Both the position numbers and the translations under genes were made by a program. A stretch of DNA of 64,000 nt, taken from the NCBI GenBank assembly GCA_951406725.2, contig OX597819.1, positions 3,596,001 to 3,660,000 of the forward strand, read 5' to 3'. Origin of the DNA: Octopus vulgaris (taxonomy: Eukaryota). Positions 13,170 through 26,984 of the stretch are shown here, piece by piece. Numbering within the stretch: the stretch's first letter is position 1; each line of letters begins with the position of its first letter. The notes below the pieces were generated by a model. That model was not told where the DNA came from. It saw nothing but the letters and a program-made list of their open reading frames with translations, and searched no databases.

Positions 13170-13697
13170 TCTATCTCTTATATAAAATCCGTTCTGTCTG
13201 TCTGTCTGTGTGTGTGTCTTCTCGGATTTCGGGCATCCTCCATCCGATTACGCTCAAATTTATTATGTAGATACCGACGGTATCAGGGCGTCTTGAAAAA
13301 ATTACAAAACTCTATTTCAGATATTATCGATAAAGCCGTTTTTGTCTTGCTTTTCTTCCGTCAACCAGTACATAACTGCACCTTCCATTTTTTGTTGTTT
13401 ATGTACTGCTTAAAGGCCAAGCTTACTGTTTAAACCATGTTTGTGTTCTCCCAGTCAACAGGTTTATTATTACTGGTACGTTAAACGGTTGCATATTTGT
13501 GTGAATAAAATCGTTTTTCTTTGGAATGGAAAAAAAGTCTATCTTTATTTCTTCTTTTGCTGGTGTCTCAAATTTAGGTTAAATCAGTGTTTCTCAAAGG
13601 GGAGGCCTATGGGACGGTCGGACAAGTTGTTTTGAGAAAATTTGGTTTAAATGTTTGACAACTCAGCACCGTCCATTGGACGGGTGGCGTTTTGCTC

Positions 13698-13698
<1 letters not shown>
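13170..13698 (+). mobile_element. Non-autonomous Helitron-like element
   Basis: Start TCTATCTCTTATATAAAA plus (TCTG)n; 3' hairpin ccgtccattggacgg before CTCG|T. Confidence 0.65.
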
Positions 13699-13744
<46 letters not shown>

Positions 13745-13745
<1 letters not shown>

Positions 13746-15270
13746 TAGCATTATGACCCTTCGTTGCCGGGTCATAGTGCTAGTGCAAGTATATATGTGT
13801 ATATATATGTGTACATATTACATGTAGATCTATATATATATATACATCTACACATAAAATACAAAATACAAAGTTATATCTTGATATCGCTAGTGATAAC
13901 AATACTCAAAATATATAACAGAATGGAATTGTAGGCCTGTCTCTGGCAATGTCGATCAATTGTATCTTATCCTCCCTCTTGTATAGAAGTGTGACTACAA
14001 TCCAGCCTACCTCTACTTCTGGGGGGAAGGGGGCATTTTAAATTTTTATCCGGGACGTCCTACGTCCCAGATATAAAGGTAAAAATAAAATATTTCCACT
14101 TTGCAAGGTTCGAGTCGAGTACTCCTTTGCACGCTCCGTTGACTCGAACCTTGCTTCTGTTGTGGCGAATTTACCGCCTCTGGTTAGATACTTGATATCT
14201 TTCATAGGCGTACCAATATACTTTTCGATGGTGCTTTCCTCCAGGTGTTCAAATCTTTTTTCTTCTCTACATTGTATACTTTATAGACAATAGTCTTTTC
14301 TTTAATTTAATTTTTCATTTTGTTTGGTGGTGTTATCCTAGATTCACTGTCTTTGTAGGTGAATCCGAAATAGGTTTGTATTTCTTCCATTTTAATTTTA
14401 ATGTGTTCGCGCTCGCCGACGGCTGCAGCGAAATTCATTTTTGGACTTTCTGCTATCGAAGGCATTTTAAAAAAAGTGCTTCGTATAAACGGTGAAAATA
14501 TTGTCAATTTCCCCAGACAGGGACACAATTCAATTTTTAAACAACCAAAGCTTCTTCTCCCAAAGGGGGATGGTTACGGTTTACAATTATTTAACAAATG
14601 CAACATAATAACGTTTCCCTTACGAGGAACCAACAAACGTGATAACAATAGTTAAACAGTAATAATAATAACAACAAACCTTACGGTGAATCAAAAAGCA
14701 GTACGCAGTTGAAGCTATAGTCCTTTATGTATAAGAAATAAACCAACAGCAGTACTCAGTAGAGGCGGCTGTTCGAGAAAACAGACATTACATACATCCA
14801 AACTTCATATAGATACTTAATGCTAGCTAATTAGCAGATAATCTAATGTAAAAGCTGTGGTAAAATGAATGTGCGCAGCTCCATCTGGACTATTCCATTT
14901 CTGTACACTAATTTTATTTTTAATTTATTATGTATCTGACATAAAATAGAGAAATGTTTTTGTTTCACTTTTAACACGTAATACTGAAATAGTGGAGAAG
15001 ATATGATATTGCTATGGGCTCGCCCTAGGCAAGAAGTTGAACATTTTTTTGCCCATGAAACTACATGGACCCTAAGTAAGGCATGTGTAAAATCTGAATG
15101 AAATTGGTTGTGTAATTCTCAAGTTTTAGGGAATCGTAGTGGAGAAGATATGATATTGCTGTGGGCTCACCCTAGGCCAAAAGTAAGGCATGTATAAAAT
15201 TTGAATGAAATTGATTGCCTCGTTCTCATGTTTTAGGGAAACACACAGACAGACAGACACACATTCCCAG

Positions 15271-15285
<15 letters not shown>
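13745..15285 (-). mobile_element. Helitron-like element carrying a coding-like insert
   Basis: Minus-strand start TATATAAAAAACTGGGAATGTGTGTCTGTCTG; internal ~140-bp tandem unit (14985-15235); terminal hairpin and CTAG at 13745-13784. Confidence 0.6.
13935..14540 (-). pseudogene. Decayed LINE ORF1-like (Tx1/L1 gag/RRM-like) fragment
   Basis: Minus-strand reading with sparse stops: MPSIAESPKMNFAAAV...KYLTRGGKFATTEARFESTERAKEYSTRTLQSGNILFLPLYLGRRTSRIKI. Confidence 0.45.
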
Positions 15286-15345
<60 letters not shown>

Positions 15346-15584
15346 CACAACTTAACATATCAGCAACCAACTATAGAATTTATATTCTTGAGCTTTATTT
15401 TTTGAAAAAAAAAAGAATTTCTCCCTTTGTCTCTATATTCCTTTTTTCACTTTTTGCCTTACCTGTTTTTCGTTTGTTTCCCCTTGTACTATATAAATGT
15501 GGATTTCAATTTTGTAACTTACATTCAAATAATTCCTATGATGTGGTTATTACGTAGTATATAAATGTAGTGTTACATTGCTGA

Positions 15585-15895
15585 GGCGCAATGGCCGGGA
15601 GGTTAGGGCAGAGGACTCGCTGTTTCGATTCTCGGGCGTTGTGAGTGTTTATTGAGCGAAAACACCTAAAGCTCCACGAGGCTTCGGCAGGGGTGGTTGT
15701 GAACCCTGCTGTACTCATTCACCACAACCTTCTCTCACTCTTTCTTCCTGTTTCTGTTGTACCTGTATTTCAAAGTGCCAGCCTTGTCACACTGTGTCAC
15801 ACTGAATCTCCCCGAGAACTACGTTAAGGGTACACGTGTCTGTTCCTTTGATCGGATCAACTGGAACCCTCGTCGTCATACCCGACGGAGTGCCA
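15585..15895 (+). mobile_element. SINE family C
   Basis: Matches 32469-32852 with deletions. Confidence 0.85.
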
Positions 15896-16251
15896 CGATA
15901 TACTGTAGAGTTACATTAGAGTTATTGGAACAATTGTAGAAATGAACATTTTGAAATATCAATGATATTGTTTTCTGTTGTTCCTTCAAATGTGCTTTGC
16001 TCTGTTCGCTCATTATAATATATTCTGCAATGTATACAGCATATTAAATAGATATACATTAGACATGTGAACTTTCGGAGAGTTGCGCGATGTGCTATAT
16101 TGATTTTTAATACATTTGCCGCACTTTTACCGCACATCATAAAATTATATATGAATATAATATATATATATATATATATATAATTGTAACATATGCGTAT
16201 GTATATCTGTATATATTATACACACACGCACGTACGTATGTGTGTATGTGT

Positions 16252-16292
<41 letters not shown>

Positions 16293-18310
16293 CCGCGTTT
16301 TGATTTATAAAGTGAGCTGCATTCCAATGACAGCGTCTTAAATTTTCAATTTTGCTATTCATATACTGTAAGGTTGTTTTAAATATAAAAATATAAACAT
16401 TGAACTAAAAATACTAAATTATAAATGTGTGTGATTGATTGAAAATATAAAATACATACTTACCAGTTATTTTTTCTTTCAAAACTTTTTCGATAATATA
16501 TGGGTTGTACAGAGTGAAGGCAAAGCAGACCGTCTCCAAAATATTTTGTGATGTTATTTTCTTATCTTTTTGGAAAAATCGTGCCATTATTAATAGATGC
16601 GTCTTAGATATACTCTGATATGATTGTCATTGATAATTTAGATGTGTGAGACACTTTTCAACAGTTTCTATAGATCATCATGTGATGCATGGCCGTTCAT
16701 TGGAAACTGTTTCACTGTGGAATACACTATTTTAAAGCAAAGGCAGAGCTGTGTTCTTATTTGCCTTTATAAATCTAGGCAATATCAAACTGGTATGAAC
16801 CTACCAGCTGTCATCTGAATGAATGGACTTTTTTAATAAATTGTAGTTTATATGCTTCAATATTACTTTTATTAGAACGGATTTTAAAAAATATGTTGTA
16901 TGGTAGCACTGTAGAACAAATAGCCAGTTAGCATCTGGCACGCCGCAGTTTAAACTATTTTTCCATGTCATTATTTTAAATTGCCACATAACTGAATTGC
17001 CACATAACTGAATATTTTTTAGCTCAAATCTGAGGGTAAATGTAAGATTACGGTTCACTGAGGAGATATCATAAAACCGGAACATATCCGAAGTTGTTCT
17101 ATTAATAAAAGTGAAAGTCATACACACTGCATCTCTCCATTCATTTATTTTAAATATCAATTTAATGTTGCAGTTGTCGTCTTTGCCTTTCTCAACAAAA
17201 ACTATCATTAACGCTAATGATATTTTTCATTTCATTACTAGTCCAATTTTATCTTAATTGATTAAGCATTTGTTTTGCTCACTACATTTAGCATTTTAGC
17301 TCTCAATTAAATAAAAAAATTACATTATTTGGAAGCAATGGAACAACAGTGTTATGTGAAAATAGGGCAGAATGAAAAATAATCACATTAATATTAAGGG
17401 AACTTGAGAATTCGGAATTTGCAGGTTTTCTTCATAAAATTGTTGAAATTGTTTCGCTTATTTTATCTTCATAAACTGCTCACTCAGGAAACTTGGGCGT
17501 ATGTTAAATTGTAATATCAAATTATTTTTTAAAAGGTCACATCCACTATTTATAAAGTCGATTACATCAATTTAATCAACAAAATCGACCAGAAAGAAAT
17601 GAAAGCCTGAAAGTCGCTTCCAACGTACTTTGAAATTCAAATTGAATTGTACCGAAGCAATCTGAATAGATAAAAACTGTCTTGGCAAGCCTGTTTCCTG
17701 CAATCATAATATAGGTTTGTTTGAACGTATTAATCAAGTATATGAAGTCGGAATGCAGTAAGAAACTAAATATAGTAAGATCAGACGTCTATATATTCTT
17801 CAAAATCTACTGCTCTATAACTATTATGATGATTTTCTTTTTATTTGATAAGCCATATTTCAAGAGAGGTTAATGGAACTTTGTGGCAAAAGTAAAATAA
17901 TAAATAGGTTTCAACCAAGAATTTCAAAAACTTGACGAACTCGAAATGGCATAAAGGAAAAGATAATACTAATGACACATAGTTGCAAACTATTTCACTT
18001 GAATGATAGCAAAATGGAATGAAACTGACCACATCCTATCGCAATTCTATATTAAAAGAATTTGATATAACTAACACTGAGAAAAAGAAGAAAAAAAACC
18101 ATTTCGAAGTTACCAAACTTCCCTAAACCGATCTACAAATGCATTTATAAAAAAAGACATCGGACTGATTGAAGACAAATATCCGTTTCCGATGTGTTTC
18201 AGGATTGTATTTCTTCTCGGTGCAGCCATTCAAATATTGAGCGAGTGACTTTAGCAATGCATTTAAAGCACTAAAGCGATTTCACAGCAGACAGGTTAGC
18301 TATTTTAAAA

Positions 18311-18540
18311 GGCGGCGAGCTGGCAGAAATGTTAGCACGCCGGGCGAAATACTTAGCGGTATCTCGTCTATCGTTACGTTCTGAGTTCAAATTCCGCCAA
18401 GGTCAACTTTGCCTTTCATCCTTTCGGGATAGATAAATTAAGTACCAGTTACGCATTGGGGTCGATGTAATCGACTTAATCCCTTTGTTTGTCCTTGTTT
18501 GTCCCTTCTGTGTTTAGCCCCTTGTGGGTAGTAAAGTAAT
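18311..18540 (+). mobile_element. SINE A monomer with target-site duplication
   Basis: A/B-box-like motifs (tggcagaaatgtt / gttcaaattc); TSD aggttagcta at 18293-18302 and 18541-18550. Confidence 0.9.
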
Positions 18541-19170
18541 AGGTTAGCTACTTTATCGCATCGTTTGTTTGACACTGAATAAATAAAATTTTACGTTCAA
18601 TTGACATAGGCCTTTATACTTTTAGTAGCAAATGAAATATTCCGATAATAGATAAAACAATACGGCATTTTCCTCAGAATGTATTATAAACTCAGAAAGA
18701 CTGTATTTCTGCTATATTTTGATACTCGATAAAGAAGCCTAGTTTCGTATATATGACTAAACTTGATGTGAGTTACAAACACATCTATTTTGAAATTAAA
18801 TATTTCTTCTAATATAATACAAATATAACTGATTCAGAAATTATTTTACTCGCTCCCTAAAATACAATAAAATATTGATCTACTTCCGTTTTGGCTTTAA
18901 AATATATAAGTGCAAAATAGTGAACAATTTTTTTTAACCGGAAGTAAAATTTTTTCTTCATAACGCATCGTTTTCTTTCAAAGCCTGGTCTGATTTTCTC
19001 TTCAGTAGGTAAATCTAACAGAAATGCTATAACAGTTTAGCGTTAGAAGAAACCATAAAGCACATTTTCTGCTCAGATTCATTTAGAATTCTAGGAGTCA
19101 ACGCTGTGAATCTTTTTGTAGCAGTTTTACTAAACAATAGCAATGGAGAGGAAACTAATGAAAGAGAAAG

Positions 19171-19240
<70 letters not shown>

Positions 19241-19771
19241 GCACGCACGCACTTGAGTGCACACATGTAATTTCATATAAAAGCAGATATATTTCTTCTT
19301 GAGCTTCCAAAACCATTCTTTGGTTAAACGACCTCACTTAGAGATTATCAAATACGAGTTTGCGTTCTAATTAACAGAGTTACAAATCACTAGAAAGAAT
19401 GTAGGCGAAGTAGATTTTCGTTGATTTTTAGCACTTCGATCCACGAAGGCACTTTGACACTCTACCGATTCTATCACTTGTTGGATCACCAAATAGCAAC
19501 AAGAAAATTTAAAGAATAGTGATAAACTAAGTAGTGCGCTTGAAAATTCCCGAGAAATTGATGACACAATGAAATCTTTATTTCTAAAAATGTCTTTGAG
19601 TTTATTTTGTCGATTTGGCTGAACACCTTAAGGGAAGGATTAATTTCTGTGTGTGAAGATCTCTATACCTAGTTTATTTACCAGCTGACTTCAGCGTTCT
19701 TCTAATGAGGAAGCCATGAACAAGTTCGATATCTTTTTCCTCTGTAGATACGTTGCTTTACCAGTAATATA

Positions 19772-20002
19772 CTCTCTTTTTCTCTCTTTTACTTGTTTCA
19801 ATCATTTGACTGTGGCCATGCTGGAGCACCGCCTTTAGTCGAGCAAATCGACCCCAGGACTTATTTTTTGTAAGCCTAGTACTTATTCTATCGTTCTGTT
19901 TTGCCGAAACGCTAAGTTACGGGGGCCTAAACGCACCAGCATCGTATGTCAAGCGATGTTGGGGGGACAAACACAGACACACAAACATACACACACACAC
20001 AC

Positions 20003-20044
<42 letters not shown>

Positions 20045-20160
20045 GACGGGCTTCTTTCAGTTTCTGTCTACCAAATCCACTCACAAGGCTTTGGTTGGGA
20101 CTGAACCCGGAACCATGTGGTAGGTGAGCAAGCTACTTACCACAGCGCCACTCCTGCGCC
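19772..20160 (-). mobile_element. SINE family B
   Basis: Same sequence as other B copies, with an internal deletion. Confidence 0.88.
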
Positions 20161-20983
20161 TATAAAGAATTTACTTTAATGATAAACATGAATTTGCGTT
20201 GAAGACTTCCGTTTTCTAAATACCGGCAGTAAAAAAACTAATAGTAAGTACACCAATGTAAATGATCGACTATTAACGTCCTAAAACATTGGCAGATTTC
20301 ATTCAGTTATTTATTTGGGAGATAAGCAGTCGATTTATTGATACTGTTAATGTGAAATGCCAGATGAAAATATACTCCATCAGATCCCACTTGACCTAAT
20401 TGTGTCAAATGAAACGAGTGTAAATAAACTTGTAAGACACGATAGGTTTTTAAATCTTAAGCGATTTTGTGTAAATCATATGAGATCACGTGATATTTAT
20501 ATCACATGAAGTTGTGTATTAATGTTGACTTCTAACGTAGGTGCAACGCCGCAAATTTTGTCAGGTGGCGCATTAATTAAATCGACATCAGTAGCTGAGT
20601 GGCACTCATTTTGTTGGCCACGGAAGTATTACAGAAAATATACCCAGCGGAATTTGGATTTGCAAAAGTTGAGTTATTGGTATATCAACAATTCTGAAGT
20701 GTTTGCATTTCTTTAGTTCTGTTACTATGTGGCCTTCTGAAAACTTAACTTTCATGTCCAAAATATTGCTGCTGGTTTTTGAAAAACCGGATGAGAACTT
20801 TATTTTGGACGTAAAACCACAGAAATGCATAAATTTAGCTAGGCAACCCTGATTTCCTTCAAAGACAAAAAAAAAAGACGTCATTAATGAACCGTAGTTA
20901 GCGTATTGGTTAATGACTGTATTAATATCTCAGATTTTGTAAGCAATATTAACTACTGTGATTCCCTATGGTACATCCCAAGT

Positions 20984-21323
20984 CTGAGACCCCCTTCGGT
21001 CACGACACTGACCATGCGATTGCATCTAGAAAGTTACCTTTCCAGGCACAGGTCCGGGCAAGGTTGTTTATGGAAGACCAGCAGTCACCCATGCATACCG
21101 GCCTACCCTCTCCACGCCACCTGTGTTATCCAAGGGAAAGGCAAAGGGGTCGATACAGCTTGGTACCTGTGACGTTGCAATTCAATTCTACAGCCTAGTG
21201 AACTGGAGCAACGTGAAATAAAGTGTCATGCTCAAAAACACAATACGCAGCCCGGTCCGGGATTCGAGCTCACAACCTCACGATCGTAAGCTCGACGCTC
21301 TAATCACTGAGCCATGCGCCTTC
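20984..21323 (-). mobile_element. tRNA(Arg)-like SINE family D
   Basis: Head gaaggcgcatggctcagtgattagagcgtcgagcttacgatcgtgagg...ctcgaatcccgg; 11-bp TSD acatcccaagt at 20973-20983 and 21324-21334. Confidence 0.88.
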
Positions 21324-22549
21324 ACATCCCAAGTAGTGCTGCTCGATGTTCGATAAATGTCTGTGCAAAAAAAAAAAAAAAATAATGAACCGTATAGATG
21401 AGGCTATGGTCATAGCGTTACCTGGCGTTCACTGCAAACGGTAAATATCAGAAAATAAAGTAATGAACAATGAAGCTGAAGTCAAGCCATATCAGAGTCG
21501 AGACGTTGGCAGACAATAAATGTATGACTCACAATCAAAACATTCAAAACAATTCGTTGTTGCATCTCTTGGATTCTTCCCAATAATATGGCACAGGTAC
21601 TGTTTGCTGTGTCCACTGCATGTACTGGTATTTCCAAGACACGGCGCACAGATAACCTTAAATATAAGATTTAATGGCTGGCATGTACTGAACTCAGTCT
21701 GAGGCCTAGCGCTGAAGCAGGCTCTACAAGATTCCCGCTACCTAATTTTCTTCGTCTTCATTGAGGGTACGACCAAAAAATGCGTACCAAACCATTTAAA
21801 ATACATGGGAAGAGACAACATAAAGGACTTAATAATAATAAAAAGGTAAGGTTTAGTGAGTAAATGACATGCACTAAGGCAAAGTCAGCGTCGGGCCAAG
21901 CGCCGAAGTCACGGGGCGTGTTAGGATATTCAGGAATTTTCAAATGTGTCACGAAACTGATGCAATGAAAAAACAGTGAAGCCCTGGGAAAACCGGTCAT
22001 AATACCCACTACTTTTCCAGGGTGGATGCGCAGCAGCCAGCCGCTGTACAATTATTCTGTTCTGGGTGGCAAACAACGATATAAACTGTTCAGATCACAT
22101 CAACTCTATCACCTCCACCATGCGACTTGGCACGTCATTAACCCTTATTTTGATTAACATTGTCCTAACCCTTATTTTGGTTAACTGTTCTGACCCTTAT
22201 TTTGGCTAACCCTTACACTGGCTAACCGTTAATTTTAGGGTACGCCCTACATGCCGGTGCGTCTTATAAGCCTCTAAATACGGTATATATATCATGTTTA
22301 CATCAGTTTTATTACCATTCATTTTAACCGTTGATAATGTCACTAACAGTAGCTCGTTTTATTCCTCTCGCCCTACTTCCACCATGGGTGTGGTGCAATT
22401 TATCGCTTTGGTCAGTCGGACTTGTCTTAATAACAGAGCACGCACCGTGGAAGCTGGAAAATGGATCGGCTTAAAGAAATTTCTGCATTCTACTTTCGCA
22501 CTGAGTACTTCTTTCTTGGAGCATTCCAACAACGGAATTAAAATATAAT

Positions 22550-22730
22550 AACTGGCACTCCGTCAGTTAGGACAACGGGTGTTCCAATTGATCCGATCAA
22601 CTGAACAAGGTGCTCGTTAAATTAGCGTGCAAGTGGCTGAGGATTCCACAGACACACGTATCCATAACGTAGTTCCGAGGGAGATTCAGTGGAAGACAAA
22701 ATACGACAAGGATGGCACTTTTCAAATACA
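22550..22730 (-). mobile_element. SINE C 3' fragment
   Basis: Reverse complement of the family C tail. Confidence 0.75.
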
Positions 22731-23489
22731 GGTAATGCGATTCCAGCAAATACAGGTAATGAGATTCCAGCAAATCGGTGCGATAGGTTTTTGAGTGGTG
22801 AGTATATAAAGCATAAAGTCAGGCAGTGTGAGAGGTGAAGATTGATTTTTGTGTTCCATATGATTACGGCCGTTTTGTAACTTTCATCGTGTAGTATGTA
22901 TTTCAGTGCCAAAAAATATTTTACGTATATGCTTTGGTCAATATATATGTTGAGTATTATGCAATTGTATATTCACAGATTTATACAAATAAATTAAAAC
23001 ACATCAGATCACCGGAACATTCTGGTTATATTTATGTGTGTGGTTGTGTTCATGTGTACGCATAAGTTTGTATAAGTACTTTATGTACTTTTTTATTATA
23101 TAAGTCTATATATTCGTGTGCTAGTGCTTTTCTTAAATTTTTCTCTCTTCACCTCGTCTGTATCATGCTGTAGCATCTTAATGCTGCTCATTTTGCACTT
23201 CCGTTGGCATTACGCATATTTGTCATATATGCATATATATATACACGGTGCTGTGTGACTCGTATATAAACTCATACAATTTACAATTAGTGTATGATTT
23301 CTTGTCATGACATCGTCTATATGTGTGTGAGGGTGCGTGTACATATAAATATATGATACGTATACAAACACACACGCGCGCGCGCGCACACACACACACA
23401 CATTAAGAGTGTGTGCTGGTGACATACAAAGAAATGGATCATAGAAATATATAGATACTATACATACAACTTCAATATATTTTGATATT

Positions 23490-23930
23490 GGTTTCAAATT
23501 TTGACACAAAGCCAGCAATTTCGAGGAAGCGGGCTAGTCGATAACCTCGACCGCAGTGCTCACTTGGTACTTATTTTATCGATCCTGAAAGGATGTAAGG
23601 CGAAGCCTGCATCGGCGGAGTTTGAACTCAGAACATCAGAACAAACGAAATGCTGTAAAGCATTTTGCCCGGCGCCGTAACGATTCTGCCAGCACGCCAC
23701 CTTACGGTATTTTAATAGTGATGACAGTACGAGGGCGGCGAGTTGGCAGAGTCTTTTGTACGCCGGGCAAAATGCTAAGCGACATATTTTGTCCATCAAA
23801 TTCCGCCGATGTCGTCTTCGCCTTTCATCCTTTCGGGATCCACAATAAAAGTACCAGTGAGGCCCTGGGGTTGATGCAATCGACTTAACCCGTTACTCGA
23901 AGTTGCTGGCGCTGTGCCAAAAATTTGAAA
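23490..23930. mobile_element. Head-to-head pair of SINE A copies (23490-23700 minus; 23733-23930 plus)
   Basis: Both carry the family A head and body. Confidence 0.82.
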
Positions 23931-25429
23931 TATCAACGGCAGTATGCTATGATTTACGCTTATTTATTATAAAGGGATTAATCCTTATCTTTTATACATT
24001 TTGTCATCTCACTATTGTAGTAAACACAGACATATCAAATAGGAATTTTTATTTTTTTATTCTTTGTAAGTAATCTGAAATAATTATATAGATTGAGAAG
24101 GAAAATGATAAATATTTTTCGCAAATTATGTAGTTCTGTGTTAATAAATTGTTCGGGCTCCTCACCCATATCTTCAATTGTACTGCCAAATTATAAACTT
24201 ATAACTGTGATGGACAAATGTGACACAAATTTTGTGTGTGCTCTGCCAACTGTTTAAGACATTATCGCTTTTTGATGCTATAATATAATATCACATGACC
24301 TGTTTGGGCGTCAACGAAACATGCAGTGAGACAAAGACGGCGTCAGAGTGAATTAGCGGACAAGAATTACCGATTATACTGACATATGTTGACAACCATA
24401 TTTCCTGCACGACAGTTAAAATAACTACACCTTACAGAAATACGCTGCTTAATTTATTCAGTGAAAAGATATTTTTTTCCTCTCGACTACTAAGATCAAG
24501 GTCATGTGAAAAATGTCAGAAAAGATTCGTTGATGATAACACCGACAATTATCACAAGATTTTGAGACACAAATCTCGAGTCCACGGAAAACATTAATTT
24601 TTCTTGTTGAAAACTCTTGGTAAAGGCATAATCATTTCTGAATTAACAATTATGTTTTATTAAGCAAAATGTTTCTGACTACTCGTCACTCAACTGTGTT
24701 ACTCCAATCATTTTATTTTGAATCGTTTATAATTATTTGAGACAACACTAATAAGTCTACAACGTGAACTAATCGAGCTCTTTTGGAGACAAGATTTTGG
24801 ATAATCAGTTTCAACAAGGGGATAACAGCCGGATGTTGAATTTACCAATTGAAGGGTCTGAAGTTCATATCGTGTGAATGGCACTGTAATGTGTCACAGA
24901 CGAAATCACTTAAGTTTTAAGCTCTGCGGTTTATGGGCCTTATTCATAGGTACTAAGTAGCAGTATTGTAAGAAGCTGGGACAAAACTTCGTCAGCATTC
25001 TGGCCTATGCTTAAATTCTGTCATGGGAAAATAAGTTGAACGGCAGTTTATATATTACAAAAGACAGACAAAAACCAACTGGATTTTGGAATATCCCATA
25101 TTAACTTTATAAATTTATTAAAGACTTCATAATTTTGATTTTGATTTAAAATTTAAGTTTATAGAATGTCTGTTACAATTTTCCAATTTACATTGAATTC
25201 ACGGTCCTTTATGCTCGGAATTGAAATCCTGCAGGGGTCAAATTTGCCTTTCTACAGGTCCACGCGGAGTCGATAACATAAGGTTTCAGTGAAATACTTG
25301 GATTGGTAGCCTTGACTAACACCTGAAAATTGCTCACTTTGTATCTATAAGAGACTATAGTAATAACAACAGCAACAACAACAATTACAAAAACAACAAC
25401 AGCAGCAGCAGAAATGAAAACAACAACAA

Positions 25430-25912
25430 TAATTCTTTTGCTAAAGGTAAAATGTGTGAAATTTGTTGGGAGGGGACTAGTACCCCAGTGGGGGTACTTA
25501 TAACTGGTGCTTATTTTATCAACTCTGAAAGGATGAAAGGTAAAGTCAAGTAATAATAATTGTTTCAAATTTTTGCCACAAGGGCAGCTTGAAGGAGGTA
25601 GGAATGAGTCGATTACATCGACCCCAGTGTTCGACTGGTTCTTATTTTATCGATTCTGAAAGGATGAAGGGCAAAGTCGACCTCGGCGAAATTTGAACTC
25701 AGAACGTAAAGACCGACGAAATACCTATTTCTTTACTACCCACAAGGGGCTAAACACAGAGAGGACAAACGGATAAAGTCGATTATATCGACCCCAGTGC
25801 GTAACTGGTACTTATTTAATCGACCCCGAAAGGATGAAAGGCAAAGTCGACCTCGGCGGAATTTGAACTCCGAACGTAGCGGCAGACGAAATACCGCTAA
25901 GCATTTCATCCG
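25430..25912 (-). mobile_element. SINE A array
   Basis: Three body copies; the internal junction reads aaagaaata|ggtatttcg on the minus strand. Confidence 0.82.
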
Positions 25913-25938
25913 TAATAATAATAATAATAATAATAATA

Positions 25939-25974
<36 letters not shown>

Positions 25975-26199
25975 TTTAAGGATTGATGTTACTCCTCCCG
26001 AAGGTAAAGAAACAATAAGAAGAATGCGACTGTTATCGAATGATCAATATTTCGACACAAGTTCAAAATAATCATCTCGATCTACTTCATTTTGGTAATA
26101 TTTAAAGATTGATGTTACTCCTCCCGAAGGTAAAGAGTATCCTGAGCTTTTTCACCTTCTGTATACTGTTTGAGGTCATCTATATAAATTATTTTCTTC

Positions 26200-26520
26200 T
26201 TGGCTTTGGTAAACGGATAGGTTGGCTTCGATTTTCTCAGTTAACTTGTCAGAGGGAATAACTCAATTATGAAGAGTAATGGAGAGAGCGAGTTTCTTTG
26301 GAATATCACCCTGTGTATATTCCCATTTCCTAACAATTCATTTGCGTATGTTCCTTCTACATCCCACAATCTCATTGATTTTCCCCAAAAGTTGTTAATC
26401 TTCTCATTGGCACCGACCATCTTCAGGCACTCCCACAGCAACAAGTGTGGAACATTAACGTTGTGGTAAACCTTCTTGCAGTCTTCTAGCAAATTTTTGC
26501 ACTCGTTCGTCATTTAGTAG
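26200..26520 (-). pseudogene. Old R4-like RT relic (different subfamily)
   Basis: Peptide ..PHLLLWECLKMVG..NFWGKSMRLW..VIFQRNSLSPLLFII aligns to the PH.W / GIFQGDSLSP region of the 5830 ORF. Confidence 0.75.
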
Positions 26521-26569
26521 CTCACTATCAATATACAGCAGCAGCAGCAACAACAACTGATGGTCTTCT

Positions 26570-26668
26570 GGTTCTTCTTCTTCTTCTTCTTCTTCTTCTT
26601 CTTCTTCTTCTTCTTCTTCTTCTTCTTCTTCTTCTTCTTCTTCTTCTTCTTCTTCTTCTTCTTCTTCT
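26570..26668. repeat. (CTT)n microsatellite
   Basis: Directly visible. Confidence 0.97.
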
Positions 26669-26669
26669 T

Positions 26670-26850
26670 TTTATTCATGATGTGAACGACTGTTCTACAT
26701 TTAGAATCAATGTCCTTGATGCCGGCTCACAACCAGTTTCCTTAGATATCGCGGACCTTTCTTACAACCCATGCTATTCCTCAAAATGCAGTTTCCTGAA
26801 GTAATGCAACTCTCTTAGTTACACCATTCTCAATAAGGAAGATTATCTCA
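26670..26850 (-). pseudogene. 3' end of another R4-like element
   Basis: Minus strand VALLQETAF*GIAWVVRKVRDI* resembles the LQK.ALLGT..LR.VL C-terminus of RLE elements. Confidence 0.55.
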
Positions 26851-26869
26851 TGTTTTTGATCGCTACATT

Positions 26870-26910
<41 letters not shown>

Positions 26911-26936
26911 TATTATTATTATTATTATTATTATTA

Positions 26937-26971
<35 letters not shown>

Positions 26972-26984
26972 ATTATTATTATTA

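Noticed and set aside
18201-18294. Possible host exon (tttcag|...gacag|gttag)
   Set aside because: No recognisable peptide, and the donor overlaps a SINE TSD; unsupported without transcripts.
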